A stretch of 64,000 bases of DNA. Source: Trichoplax adhaerens (Eukaryota > Animalia > Placozoa). This document shows, in pieces, positions 51,684 through 64,000 of the stretch. The DNA lies in assembly GCF_000150275.1 (NCBI RefSeq), contig NW_002060952.1, positions 1,540,452 to 1,604,451 on the forward strand, in the 5' to 3' direction. Within the stretch, counting starts at the first letter, position 1, and each line of letters opens with the position of its first letter. A program made the position numbers and the translations under genes. A model generated the notes under the pieces. That model worked only from the letters and a program-made list of their open reading frames with translations. It did not search any database and was not told where the DNA came from.

Positions 51684-52775
51684 ATGAACATGGAAGAACT
51701 TGACTTCGGCAATATTGTTTTATTTCTATGCTATGTAGTTATTCTAATTATCAGTATTCCTGCCAATTCATTAATCATATTATCAGTAAGTTTTTTTAAA
51801 GATTTACGAACACCAGTCAATTTGCTAGTTTGTAATTTATCTTTAGCTAGTTTAGCCATTTCTGTATTGCATATTCCATTTAAATTGACTAGCTATTTGA
51901 ATCCCAGTCAAGTTTCTCTACAAAATAAATCTATCCACTTTTGTCGTTTCTTGCAAATCATACCTGGGGCTTGTATAATTAGTATTTCTCTAACTTTAAT
52001 AATCATTTGTATTGATCGTTATATTGCTATCATTTATCCAATGAAGAGGCATTGGAAAATTACCAGTAAGCGAGTTTACGTCTTTCTAATACCATGCTGG
52101 ATTGCAGCTTTTGGTTTATCTACCGTTTATATCCTCTTCTTGCATATTAGAAGCTTTTATGGTCGCACATATTATCTATCGCGTTACCCTGGTTCTCATT
52201 TAGATATTAACATAACCGATAATTATCATAATCTTGTCAGCGTTATTTCATTTAATCGACTTCTTTATTGGATTGCCTTTATACTTATCGCATTTCTACT
52301 ACCTAGCCTTGCTATGATGGTTTTATATTCTATAATTGCTGGAAGACTTTGGTTCCATCGAAACCCTAGTGATCGACTAAGCACTTTAACATTACGAGAG
52401 CAATACAATCAATTGAAACAAAATCGTAGTGTTATTAAAATTTTAATAACATGCTTCGCCATCTTCATCATCACCAACTTGCCATTTTACGTTATTGTTA
52501 TGTTAGCTGATTTAAGAATTCCTTTACCTTTACCTACGACTGTTGGATTAGCCATTCGTATCTTAGGTATGATTAATTTATCGGCCGTTGCCTTTAATCC
52601 TATTATTTATGGTTTCTCCAACAAGAGTATAACCCAAGGCATTTATCGAATATTATTATGTCTATGTTGTAACCGCCGATTGGATAGAAGAGATAAGTTC
52701 AATACCACTATTAGAATACCTCGATTGGGCTCTAGAAGCTTTACTACAGTAGTTTGGAATACTGCTCTCGAATAA
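51684..52775 (+). CDS. Intronless rhodopsin-like (class A) GPCR, peptide-receptor-like, 363 aa
   Basis: Seven hydrophobic segments with AN (TM1), LRTPVNLLVCNLSLAS, CIDRYIAIIYP, AFLLP, NLPF (TM6) and FNPIIYGF (TM7), plus C-terminal palmitoylation-type CLCC. Confidence 0.93.
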   Translation: MNMEELDFGNIVLFLCYVVILIISIPANSLIILSVSFFKDLRTPVNLLVCNLSLASLAISVLHIPFKLTSYLNPSQVSLQNKSIHFCRFLQIIPGACIISISLTLIIICIDRYIAIIYPMKRHWKITSKRVYVFLIPCWIAAFGLSTVYILFLHIRSFYGRTYYLSRYPGSHLDINITDNYHNLVSVISFNRLLYWIAFILIAFLLPSLAMMVLYSIIAGRLWFHRNPSDRLSTLTLREQYNQLKQNRSVIKILITCFAIFIITNLPFYVIVMLADLRIPLPLPTTVGLAIRILGMINLSAVAFNPIIYGFSNKSITQGIYRILLCLCCNRRLDRRDKFNTTIRIPRLGSRSFTTVVWNTALE

Positions 52776-53190
52776 TTTAATTCAGCGATAAAAAATTAGA
52801 GTAAATTTTATCATTTCTAATTTATAGCACATCACATATATTTGATCTGAAATAAATTGAAATCAGAGAATGGCAAAACTGTATTTTAATCGATATTATG
52901 AAGTAAACTATTCGACATATCATATTCTTTTGCATTTGCACAAAGGCTTTGCAACCGTATTTTTGAACATTTCTCTGAAATTTCTCATGGTTATTCAATT
53001 GATCAATCAATTTCATACATTAAGATTTAAAGCTTATCTTTGCTATTTACCTTGTGATATTTTTATTTGGATTCCATGGCATATTGGAAGAGAAATTTTC
53101 TTATTACTCTGTAAAGTAATTTAGTATTGTGATTGTAGACTATTAGCCATATTTAGTTTGATGTTTGTTAACATTTTTCTATATTTATCT

Positions 53191-53671
53191 TGTGATATAT
53201 GTAGTAGCCCATAATTACAGACTGTAAGAGTAGACTCTATGCCAGTGTACAGATGAATATATATAGTAAGGTGTCGAACTACTAATTAGGTTAGGCGTAG
53301 AAATAAAATTGTAAATTATATATTAGGATATGCTTAGTTCATAGTACTTTAAGTGGTAGGAATGATGTCTATGAAAATACTGCAATCATTTCTTGATTGG
53401 ATTAGAGATGGTTCGCTGTAAAATATGGTAACTAATAATAAGCTGAATATGTATAAAATATGGTAGAATGCTGCTATGCTAATTGTAACTGCAAAAGGCT
53501 ACGGAGAGTATAAAAGTAGGAGACATTAGATTATCTGATTGTTCTTTCTAGAAGTCTTTCAGTAGTTGTATTCGGCTAAAGTAGAGCTGTATGTAGCTAG
53601 TCTTTGTATTAGATCTAATAAAGTTCTAATTTTATATAACTTTGAAATTTTGGTGATCGTATTTTATCACA
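53191..53671 (+). mobile_element. Solo LTR (481 bp), Gypsy-like
   Basis: TGTGATA...TATCACA inverted termini, flanks ATCT/AGCT (a degenerate 4-bp TSD), internal TATAAAA (about 53509) then AATAAA (about 53617), and a second copy at 46431. Confidence 0.75.
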
Positions 53672-56487
53672 AGCTCATTGGCTTTTACCGTGATCTAAGC
53701 CTTCTTGGCACGAATTTTTTGGAAAAGTAAGCCCCAGATAGAAAGCTTTGACGATTACCTCGTTGTGTCATCAATGGACATAATCCAGAACTTAAATCTG
53801 TTGTGGGTGTTCTTAAGTCGGCATGACTTTGAAATTTCAAAAGTTATTCTAATCGCTTTAAATATGGTAAAATCACTCTCTAAAAAAATCTTCAGCTTGG
53901 TTACACTTTATCAGTTTGTATACGTCTAAATCAGAGTTTATGTCCTAAAATTACCTTTAAATGCTATTGATTAAAGCCTAAAATTAGTACTGAATAACGT
54001 TCTGTAGGTTTGCTTCTATTCAAGAACAATCTTATCAAAGATCTCAACATGATCCAAAACAGTTTGAATTTGAAATTTCAGTCATGCAAATATCGCTCAT
54101 ATTAATAATATTGATTGACTCAATTTTATCAATGACTAATCATTCGGAATTGAAAGTAAAAAATTTTTTTAAATTTTATCTGGCATCAGAAATGCTTAAA
54201 TCAATCACAATAAGATGTGTAAGGTGTTTTAGTCTAAATCATAATTTTAAGGCTTTCAAATTTGTATACTGTATAAGCTTATTGTAATTAATTCTGAATT
54301 ACACAATTGTTGAAATCATAAATTTGCATTACAGTATTTCCTGAAGAAATTAGATAAGAGCATAATTATTCATTCCTACCGAAACAAATTAGAACTTTGG
54401 TTCATTCAGGTTATATATAAATTGATCTAATTAAATTTACAATTTTTATAATTTTTATAATTGCTAGATTAATCTTTAAACGGTATCATAATTTAGCTTT
54501 CGAGAGGATCTAGTCTAATTCTTCAGAACTTGCAATGAATCCCTAATCATTATCGACATTAGACTAGAAAGTAAACCTTGTGTGATAGTGTTATATACTG
54601 TATTAGAGTAGAAATTCCTATGTTAGGATAATTCTGTTAGCCTATCCTTATTTAGCTAACTTCTAATTTGGATATACTGTGTTTTAATATAGCACTGACT
54701 TTTTATGACAGTGACACATATACATATACTGAAAATAGAAGTTACATTAGGGAATGCGAATTATCTACTTACAGTTCGAATCATTGTGATTGTAACTTAC
54801 TTATGGTAGATTGTAAATTATCATGGAAATGTTCCGTGATAGGACATATCGTAATCTGACTATTCTGTATTAGTCATCAGATGTCTATGTTCGTAAATAC
54901 TGTTGTCTGCATTATGGGAGCAGTAGCTAAAATTGATATCTAATTCAGTAAATGATTCCAAACTTAATCGCACTAACGATGACTCATGAACTATTGAGAA
55001 ACAGTATATAAATGCAGCATATCGTGTAATAATGAGGATTCTCAAACTTAGTGTTTAACGTAAAATACGAGGCGTTTAAGTCTTTGTGTAGTCTGATAGT
55101 AGAACAAGAGTGTTTGTGATAGTGCAGATATCGTTCCTTGATACGTGATTCAAGGAATTGACTTATTGATCGTATATTGCGTTATCTTGTTGCAAAGCTG
55201 TTTTGTGGCACCTTGAAATAATAAAATAACCTTTAAAGCATCCATTTGAAGTATAAAATTAGGCCTGCTTTATCCCTTCTAAACTATTGGGAATTAATTT
55301 CCGGAAAAATTAATCTCGAGAATAATGGTACGATATATAATAATTCAATATTGGTTATGTCAAAGTCTTGTTCAATGAAAAGCTTTTTAAATTCTATTGA
55401 TTGCAATCCAATTTTAAACTTGTTTATTTACTAAAAATCTATAATACTATATGTTCTGAGCAAAATATGTTTAAGATATTCCCCATTATCAACATACTTT
55501 AATACTTTTAATCTGTAATTGTAGAATTGGCTCGTATACTAGATGTTGATCATCAAAAGTGCAAATCTTTTATTTATTCGCGATAATAAATAAAGTTCTC
55601 ATTAAAAGTCTCGACTCTACAGCAATTTTTGTTTACTAACATATCCTATTGTTATAATGTGAGCTAGTTATAAAGTTTAGAAGACTAACTTTTACCATTT
55701 GTATTATCCATAGAGATACGATAATGTCTTTATGAATTGGGCAATGTAAGGTAAATTTATGAATAAACCATCATACTAGATTCGTTATCCGTTTGAAATA
55801 TTTCACTACATTTTTACGTTTATTTCTGATGTAGGTGCCAAATATAAAAGTGTTGTCACTGCTGCTGCTCGTCATAGTTTCAAGGACAAGATTGAGGATA
55901 ATTATGGCAAAGATATTCAATACGTTAAGTGCGAAAGACATGATAGAGCAATGCATAAACGTTAGAGTATACGTAAAAATTATATCCAAGTATACTCATT
56001 TTATTATTTATAGGTATATATAGAAATTTGGACTTGACTTTTCTTATTATTATTTATAAAGGATATGTAAATACGACAGAATATGTTAAGAATCAGCATT
56101 AATACGGATATTAATTTTGAAATTTTACTTGTATGCTTTCTTGCTCCATTATGCTTAAAACACTCTTACATAATTATTACGGTGCATGTGAAGCTCCATA
56201 AATGTTTATTACTTTCCAGATGTTAATTGCCTGAAGCTGTGAACAGTTAATTAATTTCATTTTGCTAGATAACAACTTGTAATTATAATTTATTACTTTC
56301 ATTATTTGTGTCTGTATTAATTGAGTGATTCTGGTAGTGCACGATATTGAAAATTTTATTACGAGCATTATTCACTCAAGAATAATTTTACTTTGATACT
56401 TCATTATCAGACATTTGTGCAGGTAAAGCAATCATAAACAGTTATAGGAATATTAAGGGCACATAAAAAGAAAAATTTTTAGATTTC

Positions 56488-57107
56488 AAATAGTTTAAGA
56501 CGGTTTATGTAAGAGAAATAGGTAGGATAGAAGATAATTATGATGTTATACGAAAGCAATCTACATAAGATTTTGTATTTTATGATTTATGGTTAGCCGT
56601 GATTGATGCTTTTCTCTGATATTCGCAGCTATCTGAACCCACATGATTACTGAAAGAAAGCTGTAGTTAAACCAATAGCTTATTTTGATGGTAAGTTAGC
56701 TCTTATTGAATATCTTACTTGTCTATGATCAGATATGTTCAAATAATTAAATGCTTATGGTTCACCAACGGGTATTTATCATTCTAGTTGTTTATAAATA
56801 GTTTGCTATAAAATCTGTATAGGCAAAGCTGACACGTGGCAATAATGAAATTTCTTCGCCTAGCAATTTTGTATCAGAATGTAAAACAGAGCGTAAAAGA
56901 CAGCCATCTATCGATATGATGTTAACGGAAGCTTATGAAATCATGCATGTAACTAAGAAGAAAAAATCTGAAGATCAAATGGATATATTTGGTGCATACA
57001 TAGCTACGCAGCTACGCAGAATCGATGATGTACACACTGTCGAGTTGGCGAAACTTAAAATTTGTGAAGTTATTTTCAAGATGATATCTAAAGAGTCCGG
57101 CAAATAA
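56488..57107 (+). pseudogene. Harbinger ORF2-type MADF/BESS-like gene: disrupted MADF exon and open terminal exon 56823-57107
   Basis: NSLR/(1-nt frameshift)VYVREIGRIE...FYDLWLAVIDAFL with in-frame stops (56488-56620). The terminal exon has 94 open codons, including EDQMDIFGAYIATQLRRIDDVHTVELAKLKICEVIF, typical of the C-terminus of MADF-type Harbinger partner proteins. Confidence 0.65.
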
Positions 57108-57477
57108 TTCTGTTCAATTTCTGTCTGTAGATAACGTACGTGTGAATAATTTGTATAGGGCAATGGCAAGAAAAATTTATCGATACTCTTGGCATGTTTT
57201 TCTTGCGTATACGAAATAAGCTGTGATTGTCCAGTGCAATTTGAAGATAGAATGATTATAATAGCATTATCATAATTATTTTTTGCAAACAATTTCAATA
57301 TACAAATATATTTCGACTCATTAGGTTGTGAATGCCTGCACTTTATACGATACTCAGTGTTTAATCTCGTACGACATCTAAATAAGAACTGATATTTGAA
57401 ATCCTCTAACAACAATTGAATTAGAGAAATTGATTACTGATATTTATTTAATCCTTAGCGTAGCATTTAATATTCGT

Positions 57478-58040
57478 AGCTATAGCTTATTTTCAAGGCT
57501 TATATTACTTGTCTCTTTTCACTCTATATAATTTAATTTTCCTCTTTTTCTTGGAAATTTGCAATAAACCAGCTATTTTATTTTGATTATAAATGAGCGA
57601 TGTACGCGGTAAAATACGCAAATTTAACGAGCAATTATTCTCCATTTAAACCTATTCAGTAGCTATAAAAAATTCCAGTACAAATATCGCTTGTATTATT
57701 TCGTATTATAAATTGCAATTTTATAACTTTTTGGCATGGATACTTGTAATAAATAACCCATTTACGTTGGTTATACTGTAAATGAGCAACACTAAGGTAT
57801 ATAAAACTAATTAGCAGCTATATCTGATTTCAAGGCTAGTATTACTTGTCTTATTTTGCCCTATAAAATTCAATCTTATAACAGCTTGCAATGGCAACTT
57901 GTTATTGTAACTAATATATTATGGTAGAAATGAATAACGATGAAGTACGTAAACCTATATAGTAGCTAAATCTAATTTCAAGGCTTACATCTCTTATCTT
58001 ATTTCGCCCTGTAAAATTCAGTTTTATAACAGCTTGTCAT
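57478..58040. repeat. Three diverged direct repeats between the convergent Harbinger genes
   Basis: agcta.a.ct..tttcaaggct...tactt(g/a)tct...t(a/g)taaaattca recurs at about 57478, 57816 and 57964. Confidence 0.65.
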
Positions 58041-58551
58041 AGAAATTTATAATAAGGCACTAATTTATTTTGGTTATACAGTAAATGAACAATATCGATT
58101 TTACAATATCCAATTTAACTTGCAAACATTCTCTATTCAAGTCTATATGATCATCTCGTATATCATCTTGACTATTTAACAAACACTCATTTATAATTCA
58201 AGGTCTCCTATTTCTATTTCGATTCCTTACTAAATTTGTCGTGCAAAATTTGAGTAAAGTTAGTGTATAACGGTTTGTTAACAAACGCAAAGCCAGCACA
58301 CTTAGTATATGATCCCAATATATAGTTTTAGATTGTTCATAGTTTAACTTAGGAATATAATGGCTTGATTAGTATGCTCATAATGCCAACGGATTCTGTA
58401 GGTAAAGCTAGTACATACTGTTTAGCTACTTCGAGATTATCGATGTGCTCAGACATTACCATGCTTCATTCCACGATTCACGAAAAGTGATTTCAAATCA
58501 TCACTAACAAGCTCCTGCTTAACTTAAATATTGTCATAATATATATTAATT

Positions 58552-60604
58552 CTATATATCTGATCCATTTACATCTCTTTGGGCGAAAAAATAAGCAAAA
58601 AGATTTCGAACATCTTTAGCTTCAGTGTTATTATCCTTACGAGTAGTTTTGGCTTTCTTCTTTCTTGTTATTCCAGTTGCATTTCTTAACCATGGATACT
58701 TGTAACCTGGATTCTGGTTGGCTTCTTTGCAAGATAATGATTGCCATGTGACATTTCGTCGTTTGAAATTATGCAATGCTACGCAAGCACGAATAATTTT
58801 AATTGCTTTCTCAGGGCGAACACATAACGGTTTCCTAAATATGCGGAAAACACTGGATAGGATACCAAAGGCATTTTCTACTGCACTGCGTGCTCGTGAC
58901 AATCTATAATTAAATATTCGCTCTTTTGAGCCTAATTACGTAGGGTTGATTAGCTAGTATTGGCGAAAAAATTTGCCCTTGATGACAAGTCCAGTAAATT
59001 CCTGGTATCAAGACTGTTTCACTTACCTTCTTCATATCTCCCAGTAAAAGGTTTCATGATGCAACGTTTAAGTGGAAATGCATCATCAGCTACAACAACA
59101 AACGGCATAGGAGTTGTTTTACTAGGTAAAGGTATATCCGGTGGTATATGGATTGTATTATCGAGTAGGCCTTGATATAGACTACAATTTCGAAAAATAC
59201 CACCATCGGATATCCTCCCTTGACACCCCACATCAATATATGTAAAGTTACACTTAGCATCGACTAAAGCCAGCAAGACGATGCTGAACGTTTGCTTGTA
59301 ATTATAATATAAGCTACCACTATTTTTAGGCGCTTGTAAGGTTATATGCTTGCCGTCTAATGCGCCTATACAGTTAGGAAAGTTGCAACGATTATGGAAT
59401 TCTTTAGCAATCTGGTACCATTCATCTTCATTTTGTGGTACCTAAGAAAAGGGCAACAAATGGCCTTGTAGCGATTTGTGATTTGTTCTAGGATATCTAT
59501 TTATACTACAGAATAGTTATAGCAATCATTTGAACTTGAATTATATAAATATCGTTTCTAAAATAAGGCAATAGTTTAAGCTGCTTGTGGATTTTAAATT
59601 AGCTATTCGTTAAATTTGATTGGTTAGAGTGCCGCATTTAATCTATTTTCTAAGTATCACATGAAGTACTTTACCAACCCTAAAGTTGTTAAATGCTATA
59701 CTGCTATGATTGAATGATAACAGTAATTTTGAACTACTTAATTATTTCAAAGGCTTGTACCATCCCAAAAGCTGCTAAATGCTTTATTGCTAGGATTAGA
59801 TGGTAAAAGTGATTTTGAATTGTTTGCTTGATCAGTTTTCTTCGCATCTCTGTAAGCATTTTTACCACCTCTAAAGTTGATAAATGCTTTACTATTAAAT
59901 TACAACTAAATGGTAACAGTAATTTTGAATTACTTGATCTCCTTAATCAATGTTTTATAGTACCTCAGGAAGTACTTTTACTATCCCTGAAGCTGCTAAA
60001 TGCTTTACTACTTTGAATAAATGGTAGCAGTGATTCAAAATACTTGATGGCCTTGGAGACTTGCAATTATGGATGTTTGCTAGTTTCAATTACCCGTAAA
60101 TAATCGGATAGCCCTTCATAAATTGCATCACAGACTTCTGGAATAATATTGGTTATGGAAGAGGGCGATATTCTAAACAGGTACATCAGACTACTATACG
60201 AATCACCTGTAACCAAAGTAGGACAAGTTAATTTAAATAATTTGCTGTGGTTTACGTTGCAGACATATCTAACCTGTAGCCAGAAATCGTAGGGTCAGCG
60301 CTAGACGATCGCAAGGCGTAATGGCATCTCTTTGTACGGAGTCTTGTTTGATGACTTTCGGTCTAATTATTTGTAATAACCAATTAAATTCCTTTGCATT
60401 CAAACGAACAAATTCTTCAACTCCATGACCATCACTATTTATAATATCACGCAAGATAATATTGCTGACTCCACATCTTGGACGTCCTGCTAGATATTTG
60501 GTGACCCAAGTTCGTCGGGTCCTTTTCTTTTTCTTCATAGTATAAATTGCAAGCACAATGACTGTTGCTGCGATAGTCATTAGATTGCTGGCTTGATCAT
60601 CCAT
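58552..60604 (-). CDS. PIF/Harbinger DDE transposase (HARBI1-like, DDE_Tnp_4), 412 aa; complement join 60274-60604, 60094-60206, 59027-59441, 58552-58931
   Basis: RLALTLRFLATGDSYSSLMYLFRIS (HTH), FPNCIGALDGKH, YYNYKQTFSIVLLALVDA, DVGCQGRISDGGIF, VADDAFPL, FNYRLSRARSAVENAFGIL and ACVALHNF. The GT-AG introns are in consistent phase, giving 1239 nt with no stops. Confidence 0.93.
59663..60048. repeat. Four diverged units of about 90-115 bp inside transposase intron 2
   Basis: aag(c/t)tg.taaatgct.ta.t...atg(g/a)ta.cagt.attttgaa recurs at about 59680, 59767, 59873 and 59990. Confidence 0.75.
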
Positions 60605-63600
60605 GTTTAATCTACAAAAATCAGTTAATACTTGCAGTACAGTAAGAGTAATATCATAATATTGAATTATATTTGAACTTAATATTTGAACTAAATTGTT
60701 ACGGATGAATTCACTTAACAATCGATAGAAATCGTTATATTGTTAGAGTTATTTGCTATATGGAATGAACTTCAACTTTCGGTTCTGCTTTAGCTATACT
60801 GCATTAAATTTGTTTAAAACTTTCGGTCATTAAGTAAATTTAGAGGATGAATTCTTTCTCCTTTTAAACTTACTAAAATCAAACAAAAAAACTGAAATTC
60901 AGCAAGCAAGTCTGTGGAGTAACAATGGTACTAAATTCGTATAATAGTTTGGTCGTAACTATATAAGATGTGACTTTTAGAACTAGAAACTACTTTACAA
61001 ATCATTTAACCAATTTACTAGGCGACTTTAGAAAAAGTATCGTGATTTTATTATTGCTTGAAAGTAATAATTTAATATGTTTGATTATTTCCCATGCCAG
61101 TTGAAGCAATCATTAATTATAATTAAATATTTGCGTTGATGCATTACGACTTCAATTATCTAATTTATTAGGTATATCCGATGGTATATTATAAGGAGTA
61201 ATTAGATTGTTTTCGTGGCAATTTAGGCGGCGCTATAGCAGCATAAGCGAAATATTAATCATTAGAAATTGCACCATATTTACGTAATATATCACCAATT
61301 GGCATGGGAGGGGGATAATCAAATGCTGCGTCTGCATTAAGCATGTAATCGTTTAATAGTACGCCGTAATTAAAAGAAAAACTTGAATTGTACTATAAGT
61401 TTGTACGCCGGACAGGCAATACTGTAACCGAATTAACGGATATTAATCATCACACTCTGCACGTAATTTTTTATGGTTTTGAAGAATGCCCAATTCTTAG
61501 AGCCAACTGCTACAGAGCGATTACGCACTGGTAGCAAAATGTTTATACTAACCATGATTTAGATCAATGGCAAAAAGCTGAAGTTTTAATGCTGTCCAGA
61601 CTTAATGAGAGGGCATAATTATCACGTAGCTTTGTATTTGGTCTTAGATAGGAATCTAGATAATCTGGATTTAAGTGTAATAAGTTTATGATTTAGAAAT
61701 TCTTTCTTCGTTATTCAGTAAGGATTTTATGATGTCATCCGTGGGGACCATTACCACCGCATCCTAATATAGATATTGACTAAAAGAGTAGAAGTTGTGA
61801 TTATTTTTGATTATAATGAAGGTTTTACATTTGTAGTGCAAAATTTTTAATCTCGGAAATTAATTTTGAATTTGAGTTGCTTCTTGTTAAAAATGTGGCA
61901 ATGAATTGGCCAATTACGCATGAATATGTTTTATTACATTTCAAGCTCTAGTTTTCAATTTAAATATGAATACCGATAATTATTCCCATTTGTATAAAAC
62001 TATGTCGGGTAAATCAAGAAATAAAGAGTCGATATTTTATATAATTAAAGTGCTATGACATATCTGTATCCCTAATTGCGACTACAAAGAGCCTGAATAA
62101 TGGGTAGAATTATGTCTATGATAGAGTTGTCTTTTGCTTTAGTTCAGTAGCCGCCCATAAAAACAAGAGCATATTATGATTAAGATGACAGACATCAATA
62201 CGAAAATAAGAACATCCCTTCAGATTCTATTTATTTCTTTGCCGTATAGATCGGAAATTTAAAGCAATTTCCAACTATCAGTATGTTTGCATATACTTAA
62301 GATTTAATATGCTGATTTGTATAATAGCTAGAAGTATAAATAATTGATTGGAAGGTAGCATTAATCTATTTATAGTCTATAACTAAATAATATGTTTTGA
62401 AATTCGTAAATTATCTTATAAACAGTCTTGTTATACGCGTACATATGTAAACATATAGTAACTAATGAATTTCATCTCAATATAAAGAGGCTTCGCTTTT
62501 ATCGTTTTATTTTCATTCCCCCATGTTTGTCGCTTTTGAGATCAGTACTATAAACTAACATCCTGTTGACAAGTTATAATTTCGACTGAGTTGGTATTAG
62601 CTAGTTTAATTTCTAAATCTATATTGTTTTCAATTTTTAAGTGTTTCAACATAAGTTTTAGCCGCATTTCAATCTTAGAAGCTTAAACTAATATCAGAAT
62701 TCTGCTCAATTTAGAACAGTGCAAAGTGATTCGATACTGGAATTATAAATTAACAGCAATTAAAAATAAATTTTTTTAGTTAGTAAAATGTGCTAATGCA
62801 TCGATATCGATTAATTATGGATAAGCAGTTCGAATTATGATTGATATTAATTATTTGAATATTGTATTACTAAAGCTACGTTAGCTTGCTATCTTCAATG
62901 TCATCGTTAGGGTCCATATTTATGATAAATGTATTGACAATAAATATTTATGATCCTCAACGATAGATACGTACTTATAATTGATTTAAAACTACTTAGA
63001 AACGCGCTAAAATATATGTGAAATATTATAGGCAACTGTATTAAATTGGATGGTAGAGCTAATTCAATCAGACAATTGCCTTTACTTAGTGTTAAATAAC
63101 AATTAAAATTATATGCCGTTTGTATAGTAATCTTCTTGATTTACCCGTTATTTTTAATCCTTGTTAATATTCGCACTGTTGAATATTTGTTAAGTAAATG
63201 GCGAGAAGGCTTATTTATATCGATAAATATAATTTTGTGCTAACATGAAAGGAAGATGGTGGAATTATAATATGTTCGCGATAGCATAAATATCTATTGG
63301 CAGTTTTCCCTTTATTTTGTATACAATAAAAATTTTGATTATTTACAGTACTTTATAAGCTTTTGTGATCGCTGGGGCGATGACTAACTTTTAACTTTAA
63401 AACTATGATTAATTGAAAGATAACGATCTTCCATTCATAAGTATTATAATAATCAGAAATATTGCATTAACTATCAGAATAGTTAGTAGAATATTAGTAT
63501 TACTGGTAGCTCAATCGCTGTATTAGTCTGCATATTCCCATATTGTATATTATTATAAGTGTTGTTTATTATTGGCAGCCGTTCTTATTGAGGATACCAT

Positions 63601-64000
63601 TTAACCTATTCCTTAAGCGAAATTAAGTAAAATCTTCATGTTAGGGATTTATCTTATAAAATAAAAAATAGTAGAGTGAAATAAGTTGAGGCATAATTAT
63701 GTCTAAAATCAGCTAAAATAATTATGGTCTGACATGGCAATCAGAAAACTGTACATGACATGAAAATTTTGAGCAGCATTCACATTATATGTGTAAAAAC
63801 TAGCATTAGAAGGGTAGTTGTAATTAATAGATAGCTACGAAATGGATTTGCTAATTCCACGAAGAATAAGCACAGGCACTTTACATTGTCTTTTTGTGTC
63901 ACAATCTAGATCTGATAGTAACATAAATCAGGAAGTTTTCAAGATTTAAATTAGATCGTTATTAGTAATACTGTATAAGTTTAATGATTAGTGCAAGATG

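Noticed and set aside
55250-62500. Harbinger terminal inverted repeats
   Set aside because: Candidates (TTA-GGCCTG near 55259, TTA-GGCGGC near 61163) have no matching inverted partner.

Overview
AT-rich, intron-dense genomic DNA from an early-branching animal, most likely a placozoan such as Trichoplax. That assignment is inferred from base composition, short GT-AG introns, abundant ACAGT/ACTGT repeats and gene content. The left half (1-30 kb) is a compact housekeeping cluster: CYB5RL (+), a MIER-family ELM2-SANT gene (-), an uncharacterised helical protein (+), SETD9 (-), INSIG (+), RPS19 (-) and CSE1L/exportin-2 (+). CSE1L appears to lack about 100 internal codons. The divergent promoters in this half are filled with (GTAC-W)n arrays and higher-order tandem repeats. 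The right half (30-64 kb) is gene-sparse. It holds a C-type-lectin adhesion GPCR, a 209-nt hairpin biased to G-U pairs on one strand, several solo LTRs (one present in only one of two copies flanking a 50-N gap) and an intronless class A GPCR. It ends with a convergent PIF/Harbinger pair: an intact 4-exon DDE transposase and a MADF-type partner whose DNA-binding exon is broken but whose C-terminal exon is open. The best candidates for undescribed biology are the Harbinger pair, the hairpin RNA and the GTAC-periodic promoter arrays. All exon structures are manual predictions, and comparisons to human proteins are from recall.
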